Assembly (NCBI GenBank): GCA_029937535.1
Contig: JAPYPT010000004.1
Location: 1 to 51,431 of the forward strand
Source: Alphaproteobacteria bacterium
GTDB lineage: Bacteria > Pseudomonadota > Alphaproteobacteria > GCA-2731375
DNA length: 51,431 nucleotides
Reading direction: 5' to 3'
The notes under the pieces were generated by a model. The model had not been told where the DNA came from and ran no database searches. It saw nothing but the letters and a program-made list of their open reading frames with translations. The translations under genes were made by a program, and so were the position numbers. Of the stretch, positions 1 to 9,650 are shown in pieces. The first letter of the stretch is position 1. Each line of letters opens with the position of its first letter.

Positions 1-2
1 TG

Positions 3-584
3 ATCTTTGACGAGGTGGTAACGGGTTTCCGCTTTGCCTATGGCGGCGCCCAGGCTTATTACGGCGTGACGCCGGATATCTGCGCCGTGGGCAAATTGGT
101 CGGCGGCGGATTTCCCTTGGCCGCGATCGCCGGCAAGGCCGAATTCATGGCGCATTTCGACCATGGTGCTGTGGGTGATGACGGCTACATGTTGCAGATG
201 GGCACCTTGAGCGGCAATCCCGTCGCCGCCGTTGCCGGACTGGCCAGCCTGGAAATCCTCAGGCGGCCCGGCACCTACGAGAGACTTTTCGCCACGGGCC
301 GAAAACTCATGCAGGGCCTCGAAGGTTTGTTACGGGATGCGGGCATCCCCGCCCAGGTGATTGGAGAGCCGCCCCTGTTCGATGTCTTCTTCACCACCCG
401 CGAGATCAAGAACTATCGAGATATGCAGGACAGCGATGCGGCCATCGCCCAACGTTTCAACGCCACCCTGCGGGAGCACGGCGTCTTCAAGGGGGACAGC
501 AAATTTTATGTCTCCCTGGCTCATGACGAGGCGGATGTGGACCTGACGCTCAATGCCTTCGCCGCCGCAGTAAATTCCATCTAG
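3..584 (+). CDS. Class III PLP aminotransferase (glutamate-1-semialdehyde aminomutase-like), 5'-truncated by the window edge
   Basis: Frame is open from nt 3. It reads IFDEVVTGFR, then D-x-x-x-x-GK(LVGGGFP) with the PLP lysine, then GTLSGNP, all typical GSA-AT family motifs. Confidence 0.85.
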   Translation: MFDEVVTGFRFAYGGAQAYYGVTPDICAVGKLVGGGFPLAAIAGKAEFMAHFDHGAVGDDGYMLQMGTLSGNPVAAVAGLASLEILRRPGTYERLFATGRKLMQGLEGLLRDAGIPAQVIGEPPLFDVFFTTREIKNYRDMQDSDAAIAQRFNATLREHGVFKGDSKFYVSLAHDEADVDLTLNAFAAAVNSI

Positions 585-609
585 TGAAATCAATTTAAAG
601 GAAATACAA

Positions 610-1359
610 GTGAGCGAGACCATCGATCTGTTGAACAACCGCGTCAGTATCAGAAAATTCAAGAGCGACCCGGTCGCGGAGGACCTGGTCGACCGGGTTC
701 TCAGGGCGGCCTTCCGGGCCCCGACGTCATCCAACATCCAGTCCTACAGCGTGATCACGGTGCAGGACCCCGATACCCGGGAAAAATTGGCGGTGTTGAC
801 CGGGAACCAGCGCCATGTGGTCGAGGCGCCGGTCTTTTTGGCCTTTTGCGCCGATCTGACCCGCATCGAACATGCCATGGCCCAGCGCGGCCACACCATC
901 GTCGACAATAACATGGAGATCGGCCTGGTCTCCTCCATCGATGCCTCCCTGGTCGGCATGTCGGCGTATCTGGCCGCCGAGTCCGTGGGCTTGAAGGGCG
1001 TCATGATCGGCGCCGTGCGCAATGACGCCTCCGCCACCGCGCGCCTGTTGGGCCTGCCGGCCCAGGTCTATTGCGTGTTCGGCATGTGTCTGGGCTGGGC
1101 GGACGAGGCGCCGCCGCAAAAGCCACGCATGGATTTTTCATCCATGGTGCATTACGAACGACACGGCGCCTTGCGGGACAACCGCGACCTGAGCCAGACC
1201 CTGGACGACTACGACGCCGCCCTGGCCGGCCACTATCGTAGTAAGGGAATTGCCACCACGCCGGATTCCTGGGGTCACGACATGGACAAGAAATTCGACC
1301 CGCAACTGCGCGACAACCTGCGCCAGGAACTGCAAGAACGCGGTTTCGATTTCCGCTAA
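610..1359 (+). CDS. NADPH-dependent flavin reductase/nitroreductase (NfsA/Frp family)
   Basis: RVSIRKF, APTSSNIQSYS, IGAVRN and QKPR motifs. An AAGGA RBS precedes the GTG. Confidence 0.9.
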   Translation: MSETIDLLNNRVSIRKFKSDPVAEDLVDRVLRAAFRAPTSSNIQSYSVITVQDPDTREKLAVLTGNQRHVVEAPVFLAFCADLTRIEHAMAQRGHTIVDNNMEIGLVSSIDASLVGMSAYLAAESVGLKGVMIGAVRNDASATARLLGLPAQVYCVFGMCLGWADEAPPQKPRMDFSSMVHYERHGALRDNRDLSQTLDDYDAALAGHYRSKGIATTPDSWGHDMDKKFDPQLRDNLRQELQERGFDFR

Positions 1360-1372
1360 CTCAAGACGGTCC

Positions 1373-1452
1373 TAATACGGTGACGTAATACCTATTTACG
1401 TTATAAATTGCTGAATACTGCGGTTTAAATACTTATTACGTCGCCGCATTAA
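1373..1452. repeat. Miniature palindromic element, family A, copy 1
   Basis: Left arm TAATACGGTGACGTAATACCTATTTA (1373-1398) pairs 22/26 with right arm 1426-1451. The first 19 nt are identical to 10281-10299. Confidence 0.85.
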
Positions 1453-2333
1453 TATTTTCTGTGCTGGTTTAGTCCGGCAAATATCTTCTTGTGCAGGGCA
1501 AGATAGCCGGCTTGCAACACCTGCACATGGGGCCGCGCATATGTGTGGAGCTCGGGGAGTTGGTGGAACGGCACCGCCGGCTGGGCGTGGTGTTCGGCGT
1601 GGTAGGACATATTCCAGCTCAACAGCCGCCACGCAGGCGCGGTCAGGGTGGTGCGGCTGTTGGCCAGCATATCGGGAACCAGCGGGCAGCCCATATGCTC
1701 CGCCAGCAGAAACCCGCGGAGGAACGGCTGCCCGATCAGCACCGGCACCACCCAGATCCACAGCAATTGCGCGCCCCCAAGTTGGTAGGCGACGGCGTAA
1801 GCGGTCAGAAACCAGACTGCCTCCACCGTGACCCGGGCGTGGGCCTTGCGGGGGATGAAGCTGTCGCGGTTGCGGCCCAGAGCATTGGCCAGCAGACCCC
1901 GCATCTGTGCCCACCACACGGTTAGCCCGGTCAAGTGAACCAAATAATCCCTCGGGCTTTCAGGCTTGGGCACGGCCAGTTCGGGGTCGCGGGCCGGGTC
2001 GTTGGTAAAGCGGTGATGGGTAAGGTGGAAATGGCGGAACCAGGTTGGCGGCAACAGCAACAACCAGCCGCATATGAATGCCACCAGATCATTGCACCAT
2101 TTGCCGCGAAAGGCCGTACGGTGGACGGTTTCGTGCAACGGGGCGAATAGAAAGATCAGCAACAACCCCTGGGGCAGCAACAGCAACGGCCAAAGGGCGA
2201 TCTTGGCCCCGATCATGGCGCCAAGGGCCACGATCAGCCCGCCATGGATGGCCAGGCGCAGGGCGGCTGGCCCGTTCGATCGGGCGACCAAGGCCCGCCA
2301 TCGGGGCTTATCCGGAATTAGAGCAATTTTCAA
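1449..2333 (-). CDS. Membrane fatty-acid-desaturase-family di-iron oxygenase (MocD-like)
   Basis: Three His boxes (HETVH, HFHLTHH, YHAEHH) and hydrophobic segments. The TTG start is uncertain because it lies inside a repeat. Confidence 0.85.
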   Translation of the reverse strand: MKIALIPDKPRWRALVARSNGPAALRLAIHGGLIVALGAMIGAKIALWPLLLLPQGLLLIFLFAPLHETVHRTAFRGKWCNDLVAFICGWLLLLPPTWFRHFHLTHHRFTNDPARDPELAVPKPESPRDYLVHLTGLTVWWAQMRGLLANALGRNRDSFIPRKAHARVTVEAVWFLTAYAVAYQLGGAQLLWIWVVPVLIGQPFLRGFLLAEHMGCPLVPDMLANSRTTLTAPAWRLLSWNMSYHAEHHAQPAVPFHQLPELHTYARPHVQVLQAGYLALHKKIFAGLNQHRKY

Positions 2334-2381
2334 TAAATCGAGGTCGCTTTCGCGACCGAAGTTATTGATTCAATTGCTCTA
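2319..2381. repeat. TA-bounded 63-bp nested hairpin (MITE/RIME-like)
   Basis: TAGAGCAATT (2319-2328) pairs with AATTGCTCTA (2372-2381). Inner arms are TCAATAA/TTATTGA and GGTCGC-tttc-GCGACC. Confidence 0.75.
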
Positions 2382-2394
2382 TTCTTAAGAGTCC

Positions 2395-2419
2395 GAGCGC
2401 ATTTTCTTCGAATGCGCTC
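2395..2419 (-). terminator. 9-bp stem-loop at the 3' end of the hydantoinase B gene (terminator or stabiliser)
   Basis: GAGCGCATT-ttcttcg-AATGCGCTC overlaps the stop codon at 2418-2420. There is no clear U-tract. Confidence 0.4.
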
Positions 2420-4088
2420 AGGGCTCACGATGGTAGTCATTGCGCGCGCCTTCCTCGGTGATATAGCCGTCCGCCAGATCGGCCATGATGGCGCCGGGAT
2501 CCCGTTCCGCCACGGGGCCGTAACCACCGGCGCCGGAGAGGCGGAAACTGACGACATCGCCTCGCTTCAGGTCATACATGCCCTTGGAATGCAATGGTTC
2601 GGCATTGCCGTCGGGGTTCAGTACGGTTTCGCCCAGGGCGCCGGGTTCGCCGCCGCACAGACCATAGGGCTGGAAGACGTGACGGTCACCGAGATGGGAC
2701 AACACGGCGGTGGAATTCAGCAGCTCAAAATCCTTACGCAGGCCGCAGCCGCCGCGCCATTGGCCGGCACCACCTGTATCGGGAATGAATTCCAGACGCT
2801 TTATACGAATGGGGCTATGGGTTTCGTGAACCTCGACGGGGATGTTGGTGCAGTTCATCACCGGGCTCAGGGCTTCAACGCCGTCCCTGCCATCGCGGCC
2901 GCCGTAGCCGGCGAAGGCCAGGTCATACATCACGAAGGGTTGTCCCGTGCGGTCGTCGGTGCCGCCGAAATTCGGGTTCGACCAGTGCGAGAAGGCACCC
3001 ATGGCCCGGTGCGGGAGGGCCTTGGCCATGGCGCCGTTGATGGTGTCGAAGATCCGCACCTGCAACACGGCCCGCCCCCCCGACGGCGCGGGGAAAGCGG
3101 GGTTGAAGAACGAACCTTCCCGCGCCGTTATGGTGATCGGCCGTATGGCGCCTTCGGTTTGTGGTTGCCGGGCATCGCAAAATACCTTGATCGCGAACAC
3201 CGCATAGGCGCGGGTGTAGTTGATGTATGAATTGATGGCGGCGGGCACCACATCGGAGGAGCGGGAGAAATCCAGCTCCACCGCCCCCTCGCCGTCGAAG
3301 GTAATATCGACGGCCATTTTGATGGGCTCGGTATCCGGGCCGTAGTCGTCCAGATAATCCTCGAAGCTATAGGTGCCGGCCGGCACGGCGGCCAGGGCCG
3401 TGCGCATGGCCTGTTCGGAGCGGTCAAGAATGATGTCGTAGGCGCGCTCCAGAACCTCCCCGCCATGCTCGCGAAACAGTTGCTGGAGGCGGCTGCCAGC
3501 GCTCAAGTTTGCGGTGTGCTGGGCCAAAAGGTCGCCGCGCACCTTATCGGGCATGCGCACATTGCCCAGTATCAGACGCAGAATATCCTCGTCAATTTCG
3601 CCGTCCCGCACGAACCGCACGGGCAGGATCCGCAAGCCCTCCTGAAAGGCTTCCGTCACCCCATGGACTTTTTGCGAGCCCGGCGCGGCGCCGCCCATAT
3701 CCACTTGATGAGCCGAACAGGCAACAAAACCGACCAGCGCGTCATCCACGAATATGGGCATGACCTGAAAGGTATCGGGAAAATGCCCGGAGCACATGAA
3801 GCTGTCGTTCAACAGAATGGAATCGCCCGGCCGCAAGGTTTCAAGTGGAAAATATTCGATGACATGGCGGGCGCAGGCGGGCATGGAGCCTAAATGTCCG
3901 GGGCTGAAATTGCCCTGGGCGATCAGCCGGCCAGTGCGGTCGAACAGCGCGGTGGCGAAATCATCGCCCTCCCGCACGCCTTCGGAAAAGGCCGTGTTGC
4001 GCAGGGTGGTGCCTAGCTCCTCGGCGATGGACATCAGGGTATTCCAGATCACCGTCAGGGTGATGGGGTCGATGGGCGGTGCGCTCAT
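2418..4088 (-). CDS. Hydantoinase B/5-oxoprolinase beta subunit family
   Basis: IDPITLTVIWN..EE, TAFS..VRE..D, PGHLG, ND.F..GH.PD, HQVDMGG and terminal GAGGYG motifs. Confidence 0.93.
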   Translation of the reverse strand: MSAPPIDPITLTVIWNTLMSIAEELGTTLRNTAFSEGVREGDDFATALFDRTGRLIAQGNFSPGHLGSMPACARHVIEYFPLETLRPGDSILLNDSFMCSGHFPDTFQVMPIFVDDALVGFVACSAHQVDMGGAAPGSQKVHGVTEAFQEGLRILPVRFVRDGEIDEDILRLILGNVRMPDKVRGDLLAQHTANLSAGSRLQQLFREHGGEVLERAYDIILDRSEQAMRTALAAVPAGTYSFEDYLDDYGPDTEPIKMAVDITFDGEGAVELDFSRSSDVVPAAINSYINYTRAYAVFAIKVFCDARQPQTEGAIRPITITAREGSFFNPAFPAPSGGRAVLQVRIFDTINGAMAKALPHRAMGAFSHWSNPNFGGTDDRTGQPFVMYDLAFAGYGGRDGRDGVEALSPVMNCTNIPVEVHETHSPIRIKRLEFIPDTGGAGQWRGGCGLRKDFELLNSTAVLSHLGDRHVFQPYGLCGGEPGALGETVLNPDGNAEPLHSKGMYDLKRGDVVSFRLSGAGGYGPVAERDPGAIMADLADGYITEEGARNDYHREP

Positions 4089-6190
4089 GGGGCTGCCTCC
4101 GGAGAGATTTCGATGATCAGGTGACCAACATCGCTGATGCGGGCCGTATCGCCCGGCAGAATGACGATGGTGCTGTCGGGTTCTTCCACGATGGCCGGCC
4201 CGGAAATTGTCATGCCTTGGCTCAGCGCCCGCCGTTCTACGATTCGGGTCGGGACATAGCCGCCGGCCTCGGGAAACCAGGCATCGCGGATTTCGGGCGG
4301 CCCGCCCGTTGTGTCGGGAGCGTTCCGTGAAAACGCCAAGTTGGCGCTGCCGTGGCCGCGGTCGTTGCGCAAAATGGCGGCAAGGGACCAGTCCACCGCC
4401 TCGATCCTGGCCTCGGGATCCAGAAATTTATGCTTTTGCAGATAGGCCTCGTTAAAGGCCGCGATTGCCTGGGCGCCGAAATCATCACCGATCGGTCCGC
4501 CGGGCAGATCCACCTGCACCTCAAAACCCTGGCCGGCATAGCGCATATAGCCTTGCCGGCGCCATTGGGGCGCCTGCCCGCCGCCGAGCTGATCCAGTTC
4601 CAAGCGCGCCCGCGCCTCCAACTCGGCGTAGATTTCCGCAATGGCGGCGCCCGCATCGCCGTCCAGCAGCATCACCCTGGTGATGGAAACATCGATCCGG
4701 GGCGCGGCCTGCAATAATCCCACCGCCGAGCCGACGCCGGCGCCGAGGGGCACGATCACGGTTGGAATTCCCACCGCGCGGGCCAGGCGGGCGGCATGCA
4801 TTGGCCCCGCACCGCCGAAGGCAACCATGGCGTAGCGCCGGGGATCGCGGCCGCGTTCGACGGAGACGACCCGCAAGGCGTTCTCCATGTTCATGGTGGC
4901 GACCAGATGAATGCCCCAGGCGGCATCGCCCACGCTCAAATCCAGCGGCTCGCCGATGTATTTTTTGATGGCCTGGGCGGCGGCGTCTTGGTCCAATGTC
5001 ATGGCGCCGCCGTTGAAGGTATCGGGATTGATATAGCCCAGGACCAGGTTGGCATCGGTTATGGTCGGCAGGGCTCCACCCTGGCCATAGCAGACGGGGC
5101 CGGGGTCCGCGCCCGCGCTTTCCGGGCCGACGGCGATCATGCCCATGTCCGCCCGCGCGATGCTGCCGCCCCCGGCGCCAATCTCCAGCAACTCCACGGC
5201 GGGAATATTGACGGGCAGGCCGCTACCCTTTTTGTAGCGCACATGGCCAATCTCAAACGTCGGCATGATGGCTGGGGTGCCGCCATCGACCGCACCCAGC
5301 TTGGCCGTGGTGCCGCCCATATCGAAGGTGATGACATGATCGCGGCCCATCGCCGTGCCCACGATGCCGCCCATGAGGACGCCGGCGGCGGGACCGGATT
5401 CGATAATGCGGATGGGATAGGCCTTGGCGATGGCGGGCGTGACCAGGCCGCCACTGGACTGCATGACGAATAATTCGTGGCGATAGCCCTGTTCTTTCAG
5501 GGCCGCTTCCAATTGAACCATGTAACGTTCCACGATGGGTTTTACATAGGCGTTGGCGACGGCTGTATTGGTGCGCTCATACTCACGGAATTTCGGCGAA
5601 ACGTCCGACGACAGCGATACCGGCAATTCCGGCGCCCGTTCCCTGATGCGCGCCTGAATGGCCTGTTCATGGGCCGGGTTGGCATAGCTATGCAAAAGCG
5701 CAACAGCGATGGTCTCGGCCCCGCCCGCCCGCAGAGTATCGATGGCCTGATCGACGGATGCCAGATCCAATGGCGTTACCACCCCGCCGTCATGATCCAT
5801 GCGCTCCACCACCTCGGCGATATGCCGGCGGGGCACCAGGGGTTCCGGTTTGTCGATGTACAGATCATAGGTTTCATATCGTTTCTGCCGGCCGATGATC
5901 AGCACATCGCGGAAGCCTTGGGTGGTGATCAGGCCCGTCGCCGCTCCCTTGCGCTCCAACACCGCATTGGTGGCCACCGTGGTGGCATGCAAGACGCTGT
6001 CGATGGCGCCGCCCCCGATGCCCGCTTGGCCCAACAGCCGTTCCAATCCCGACATCACCGCCACGCCAGGGTCATGGGGCGTGGAAGGGATTTTCAGGAC
6101 GTGAGTTTGGTCACCACCACCATCATCGCCGTCATCATGCAGGACGAAATCGGTGAAGGTTCCGCCAATGTCGAAGGCAACCCGGATCAT
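4085..6190 (-). CDS. Hydantoinase A/5-oxoprolinase alpha (ATP-binding) subunit family
   Basis: DIGGTFTD, HATTVATN, REYERT, ESGPAAG, DMGGTT, GAGGGSIA and FGGAGPMH motifs. ATGA overlap with the B subunit gene. Confidence 0.95.
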   Translation of the reverse strand: MIRVAFDIGGTFTDFVLHDDGDDGGGDQTHVLKIPSTPHDPGVAVMSGLERLLGQAGIGGGAIDSVLHATTVATNAVLERKGAATGLITTQGFRDVLIIGRQKRYETYDLYIDKPEPLVPRRHIAEVVERMDHDGGVVTPLDLASVDQAIDTLRAGGAETIAVALLHSYANPAHEQAIQARIRERAPELPVSLSSDVSPKFREYERTNTAVANAYVKPIVERYMVQLEAALKEQGYRHELFVMQSSGGLVTPAIAKAYPIRIIESGPAAGVLMGGIVGTAMGRDHVITFDMGGTTAKLGAVDGGTPAIMPTFEIGHVRYKKGSGLPVNIPAVELLEIGAGGGSIARADMGMIAVGPESAGADPGPVCYGQGGALPTITDANLVLGYINPDTFNGGAMTLDQDAAAQAIKKYIGEPLDLSVGDAAWGIHLVATMNMENALRVVSVERGRDPRRYAMVAFGGAGPMHAARLARAVGIPTVIVPLGAGVGSAVGLLQAAPRIDVSITRVMLLDGDAGAAIAEIYAELEARARLELDQLGGGQAPQWRRQGYMRYAGQGFEVQVDLPGGPIGDDFGAQAIAAFNEAYLQKHKFLDPEARIEAVDWSLAAILRNDRGHGSANLAFSRNAPDTTGGPPEIRDAWFPEAGGYVPTRIVERRALSQGMTISGPAIVEEPDSTIVILPGDTARISDVGHLIIEISPEAAP

Positions 6191-6203
6191 CGTGCCGCCG
6201 CAA

Positions 6204-7577
6204 TCAAGGTCCGGTCAGCTCCGCATGGGCCTGATCAAGCGTGCGGCCCAGCATTTCAACCATATGGTCCACGTCCTCGATCGTAATGATCAATGGCGGG
6301 GCGAAGGCCAGGCGGTCGCCGATAACGCGCAGGATCAGGCCGTTTTCCCGGCCGATACGGTCAACCGTGGGCCCCGCCAGGCCCGGTTCGAACGGCGTGC
6401 GGGTCGCTTTGTCCCGCATCAGCTCCATGCCGGCCAGAATGCCAATGCCGCGCACATCGCCAACCAGGGGATGATCGGACAGAGCGGTCAGGCCCTCGAT
6501 CATGTGGCCGCCGATTTCGCCGGCGCGGGCGCATATGTCCATTTCCTCGTAGATCTTGATGACTTCCAGGGCCACGGACGTGGTTACGGGGTGGCCGGCA
6601 TGGGTATAGCCGTGGGCGAAGGCGCCCAGCTTGTCGCTTTGCGCCAGCATGGCCTGGTGGATTTTTTCATTCACCATGAGGGCGGAGATTGGCTGATAGG
6701 CCGCCGACAGCGCCTTGGCGCAACTGATCATGTCGGGCTGCAGATCAAACGTCTGGCTGCCCCACCAATTGCCCGTGCGGCCAAAACCGCAGACCACTTC
6801 ATCGGCCACGAACAGCACATCGTACTTTCGCAATACCGCCTGCATCTTCGCGAAATAGGTCCTTGGCGGGATAATCGCGCCGCCCGCCGCCATCACCGGC
6901 TCGGCAAAAAAGGCGGCCACGGTGTCGGGGCCCTCTTCCAGGATCAATGTTTCCAGGGCCGCCGCCAGTCGGGTGGCGTAATCTTCCTCGCTTTCGCCCG
7001 TCTCGTGGCCACGGTAGTAATGGGGAAACTCCGTATGCCGCATCATGGGCAGGGGCAGGGGGAAATCGGCGTGCATGTCCGGCTTGCCCGAGACGGAGAC
7101 GGCGGCGATGGTGCTGCCGTGATAACCGCGTTCCCGCCCGATAATTTTAATCTTTTCCGGGTGGCCCATGGCGGCGTGATAGTACCAGGCCAACTTGACC
7201 GCCGTGTCGTTGGCCTCCGAGCCCGAGCACTGAAACAGCACCTTGGACATGGGCACCGGCGCCAGTTGGATCAGTTTCTCGGCTAGGTCGATGCTGCTCT
7301 CGTTCGCGGTGTGCCGGTAGGTATGGTAATAACCCAGCTTGCGCATCTGGTCGTAGGCGACGCGGGCGATGCGCTCGTTGGCGGAAAAGCCCAGCGCCGC
7401 GCACCACAGGCCGGCCACGGTTTCCATGTAACGGTTGCCGTTTTCGTCCTCCACATAGACGCCGTCGCCCTTGCTGACGACGACCGGGCCGATTTCGGCA
7501 TGGCGGCGCAGGTTGGTTTGGGGGTGGATATAGTAGGCGATGTCCCGCGCGGCGGCGGAGTTGGGCATGACGTTCAT
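6204..7577 (-). CDS. Class III PLP aminotransferase (omega-amine:pyruvate type)
   Basis: AGLWC, SGSEAND, GYHG, DEVVCGFGRTG, AK(ALS) and HGYT motifs. Confidence 0.92.
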   Translation of the reverse strand: MNVMPNSAAARDIAYYIHPQTNLRRHAEIGPVVVSKGDGVYVEDENGNRYMETVAGLWCAALGFSANERIARVAYDQMRKLGYYHTYRHTANESSIDLAEKLIQLAPVPMSKVLFQCSGSEANDTAVKLAWYYHAAMGHPEKIKIIGRERGYHGSTIAAVSVSGKPDMHADFPLPLPMMRHTEFPHYYRGHETGESEEDYATRLAAALETLILEEGPDTVAAFFAEPVMAAGGAIIPPRTYFAKMQAVLRKYDVLFVADEVVCGFGRTGNWWGSQTFDLQPDMISCAKALSAAYQPISALMVNEKIHQAMLAQSDKLGAFAHGYTHAGHPVTTSVALEVIKIYEEMDICARAGEIGGHMIEGLTALSDHPLVGDVRGIGILAGMELMRDKATRTPFEPGLAGPTVDRIGRENGLILRVIGDRLAFAPPLIITIEDVDHMVEMLGRTLDQAHAELTGP

Positions 7578-7607
7578 GGCGGTGCTCCTATCGTATGAGG
7601 GTCTAGT

Positions 7608-8657
7608 CTAGCTGAAGGCGGGCGCGATCTCTTCTTGAAAACGGTGCATCTGTTCGCGCACCATGGCGTCGGGTTTATTGCCCACATTGAAATACAGGAT
7701 CACTTCCTCGATCCCGGCAGCTTCGACATTTTTCAAGGTCTCGATAATTTTGGCTGGCGAACCGATCAGGATGGAGCGCTCGCCCAGGTCCTGCTTTTTC
7801 ATATTGCGCAGAATTTTCACGATATCCATGAAGTAATGCATGGTGGGCGGCGCCTTGGCCGGGTCGTCCGGGAAGGCGGGCAGGACGCAATGCTGGAAAT
7901 AGGCCATCTGCCTCTCCCGGCCATAGTCCTCCCCCGAAGCATCATCGGCGATATGGATGAAATAGCTGCACATGGCGCGGCCCGGCTCATTACCCAAGGC
8001 GCGGCATTTTTCGCGATAGCTTTCCACCGCCCGCTCCAGGCCGCCATAGACCATGCCGGCGGCGAACGGGGCGTAAATAATGTTCAGGCCGTGTTTGGCG
8101 GCCATATCGGCGGAGGTTTCGGAAAACGAGGCGACATAGAACGGCACCGGGGTCTGTATGGGTTTCGGCGTAATCTCCATTTCCGGAATGTCATAAAAGC
8201 GGCCCTTGTGCGCCCAGGGTCCCGGTGAATTCCAAGCCTTCAGCACCACTTCCATGCCCTCTTCGAAGATCTCCGCCGAGTCCATGAAGGGGGCGCCGAA
8301 GGGCGCGAATTCGCGGCGGTCATAGCCGCGCCCGGCGGCGAAATCCACCCGCCCGCCCGAGATCAGATCGATCGTCGCCCACTCCTCCGCCACATGCAGG
8401 GGATGGTGCAGGGGCAGGACACTGACCGCCGGCGCCAGGCGGATATGTTCGGTTTCGGGAATAATGCTGGCCAAAAGAGTGCCGGGCCGCGAATTCACGC
8501 CGAGGGAATCAAAATGATGCTCGCCGATCCAGGCGGAGTGATAGCCCAATTTGTCCGCCAGAATGGCCTGTCCCCGAATTTCGCCGACGAATTGGTTGGC
8601 GCTGCGGGCGTTGTCCGGATAGGCATTGTCGGACAAGGTAAAATAGCCGAATTTCAT
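7608..8657 (-). CDS. Luciferase-like (LLM class) flavin-dependent monooxygenase
   Basis: MKFG start with RBS, WIGEHH, LHHPLHVAEE..TID.ISGGR..GRG and PKP.Q.P motifs. Start trimmed from the ORF track to the ATG at 8657. Confidence 0.9.
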   Translation of the reverse strand: MKFGYFTLSDNAYPDNARSANQFVGEIRGQAILADKLGYHSAWIGEHHFDSLGVNSRPGTLLASIIPETEHIRLAPAVSVLPLHHPLHVAEEWATIDLISGGRVDFAAGRGYDRREFAPFGAPFMDSAEIFEEGMEVVLKAWNSPGPWAHKGRFYDIPEMEITPKPIQTPVPFYVASFSETSADMAAKHGLNIIYAPFAAGMVYGGLERAVESYREKCRALGNEPGRAMCSYFIHIADDASGEDYGRERQMAYFQHCVLPAFPDDPAKAPPTMHYFMDIVKILRNMKKQDLGERSILIGSPAKIIETLKNVEAAGIEEVILYFNVGNKPDAMVREQMHRFQEEIAPAFS

Positions 8658-8724
8658 GGATGCCGCGCCTTTCCCTGACTGGTTCCGTCCCATCTTACGA
8701 TGGAAGTTGGCGAATTGGTGCAAA

Positions 8725-8753
8725 TTGCGTGCTTGACCGTGACGTTCTATCAT
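8725..8753 (+). promoter_or_regulatory. Putative sigma70 promoter for the PhyH/GST genes
   Basis: TTGCGT-N17-TATCAT, 35 nt upstream of the ATG at 8789. Confidence 0.4.
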
Positions 8754-8788
8754 GCGGCCAAGTTCTTGATGTTCTCGGGAGTGAGTTA

Positions 8789-9613
8789 ATGCCGGAAATT
8801 GCCACCAGCCATCCACCGCTGCATGAGAAATTCGATGCCCAGGGTTTTCTCAGCCCGATCCGGGTCATGTCGCCGGAAGCGGCGGCGGCCATTGCCGATA
8901 AAGTCTCCGGGATTGAGACGGAATACGGGGCGGACGGCGGCGATATGCTGCGTTCCAACACCCACTTTTTGTTTCCGGAGCTATACGATCTGGTTTGCTC
9001 TTCCGCCATCCTTGATCATGTGGAAGAGGTTCTGGGCCCGGACATCCTGTGCTGGTCGGCATCGTTCTTTTCCAAACCGCCCCAGGACCCCAGTTTTGTT
9101 TCCTGGCACCAGGACCTGACCTATTGGGGTCTGGAGCCGGCGGACATCGTGACCGCGTGGGTGGCCATTACGCCGAGCACCAAGGCCAGCGGCTGCATGC
9201 GGGTCGTGCCGGGCAGCCACCGCCCCGGACAATTGGGTCACAGCGATACCTTCGCGGCCGGTAATCTGCTCAGCCGTGGCCAGGTTTTGGACGTTGCCGT
9301 GGACGAGGGGTCGGCGGTCGATTTGGTGTTGCAGCCGGGCGAGATGTCCCTGCACCATGTGCTCGTGGTCCATGGCTCCGACGCGAACCAGTCCGATCTG
9401 CCCCGTCACGGCTTCGCCATCCGCTATATCCCCACCTATTGCAAACAGATCGGCGGGCGCACCACGGCCCTGTTGGTGCGCGGGCGGGACCGCTACAACC
9501 ATTTCGATCCCGTGCCCCGGCCCCAGGCCGATATGCACGCCGACGCGGTTGCGTTCCGGGCCAAGGCCAACAAGGTGGTCAAGGCGATCCTGATGGACGG
9601 CGCTAAGAATTAG
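8789..9613 (+). CDS. Fe(II)/2-oxoglutarate dioxygenase, phytanoyl-CoA dioxygenase (PhyH) family
   Basis: WHQDxTYW (HxD), GCMRVVPGSH and VHGS..N.S..PR motifs. GGGAG RBS before the ATG at 8789. Confidence 0.9.
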   Translation: MPEIATSHPPLHEKFDAQGFLSPIRVMSPEAAAAIADKVSGIETEYGADGGDMLRSNTHFLFPELYDLVCSSAILDHVEEVLGPDILCWSASFFSKPPQDPSFVSWHQDLTYWGLEPADIVTAWVAITPSTKASGCMRVVPGSHRPGQLGHSDTFAAGNLLSRGQVLDVAVDEGSAVDLVLQPGEMSLHHVLVVHGSDANQSDLPRHGFAIRYIPTYCKQIGGRTTALLVRGRDRYNHFDPVPRPQADMHADAVAFRAKANKVVKAILMDGAKN

Positions 9614-9650
9614 ATCGCTCACACCGAATTTTATGGAAGGTAGATAACCC

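Noticed and set aside
6110-6140. GAT/GGT triplet run (DDGDDGGGD) in hydantoinase A
   Set aside because: It is a short in-frame low-complexity loop, not a phase-variable tract.
8707-8722. Sigma54 promoter TTGGCG...TGCA
   Set aside because: The GG-to-GC spacing is 9 nt, not the required 10.
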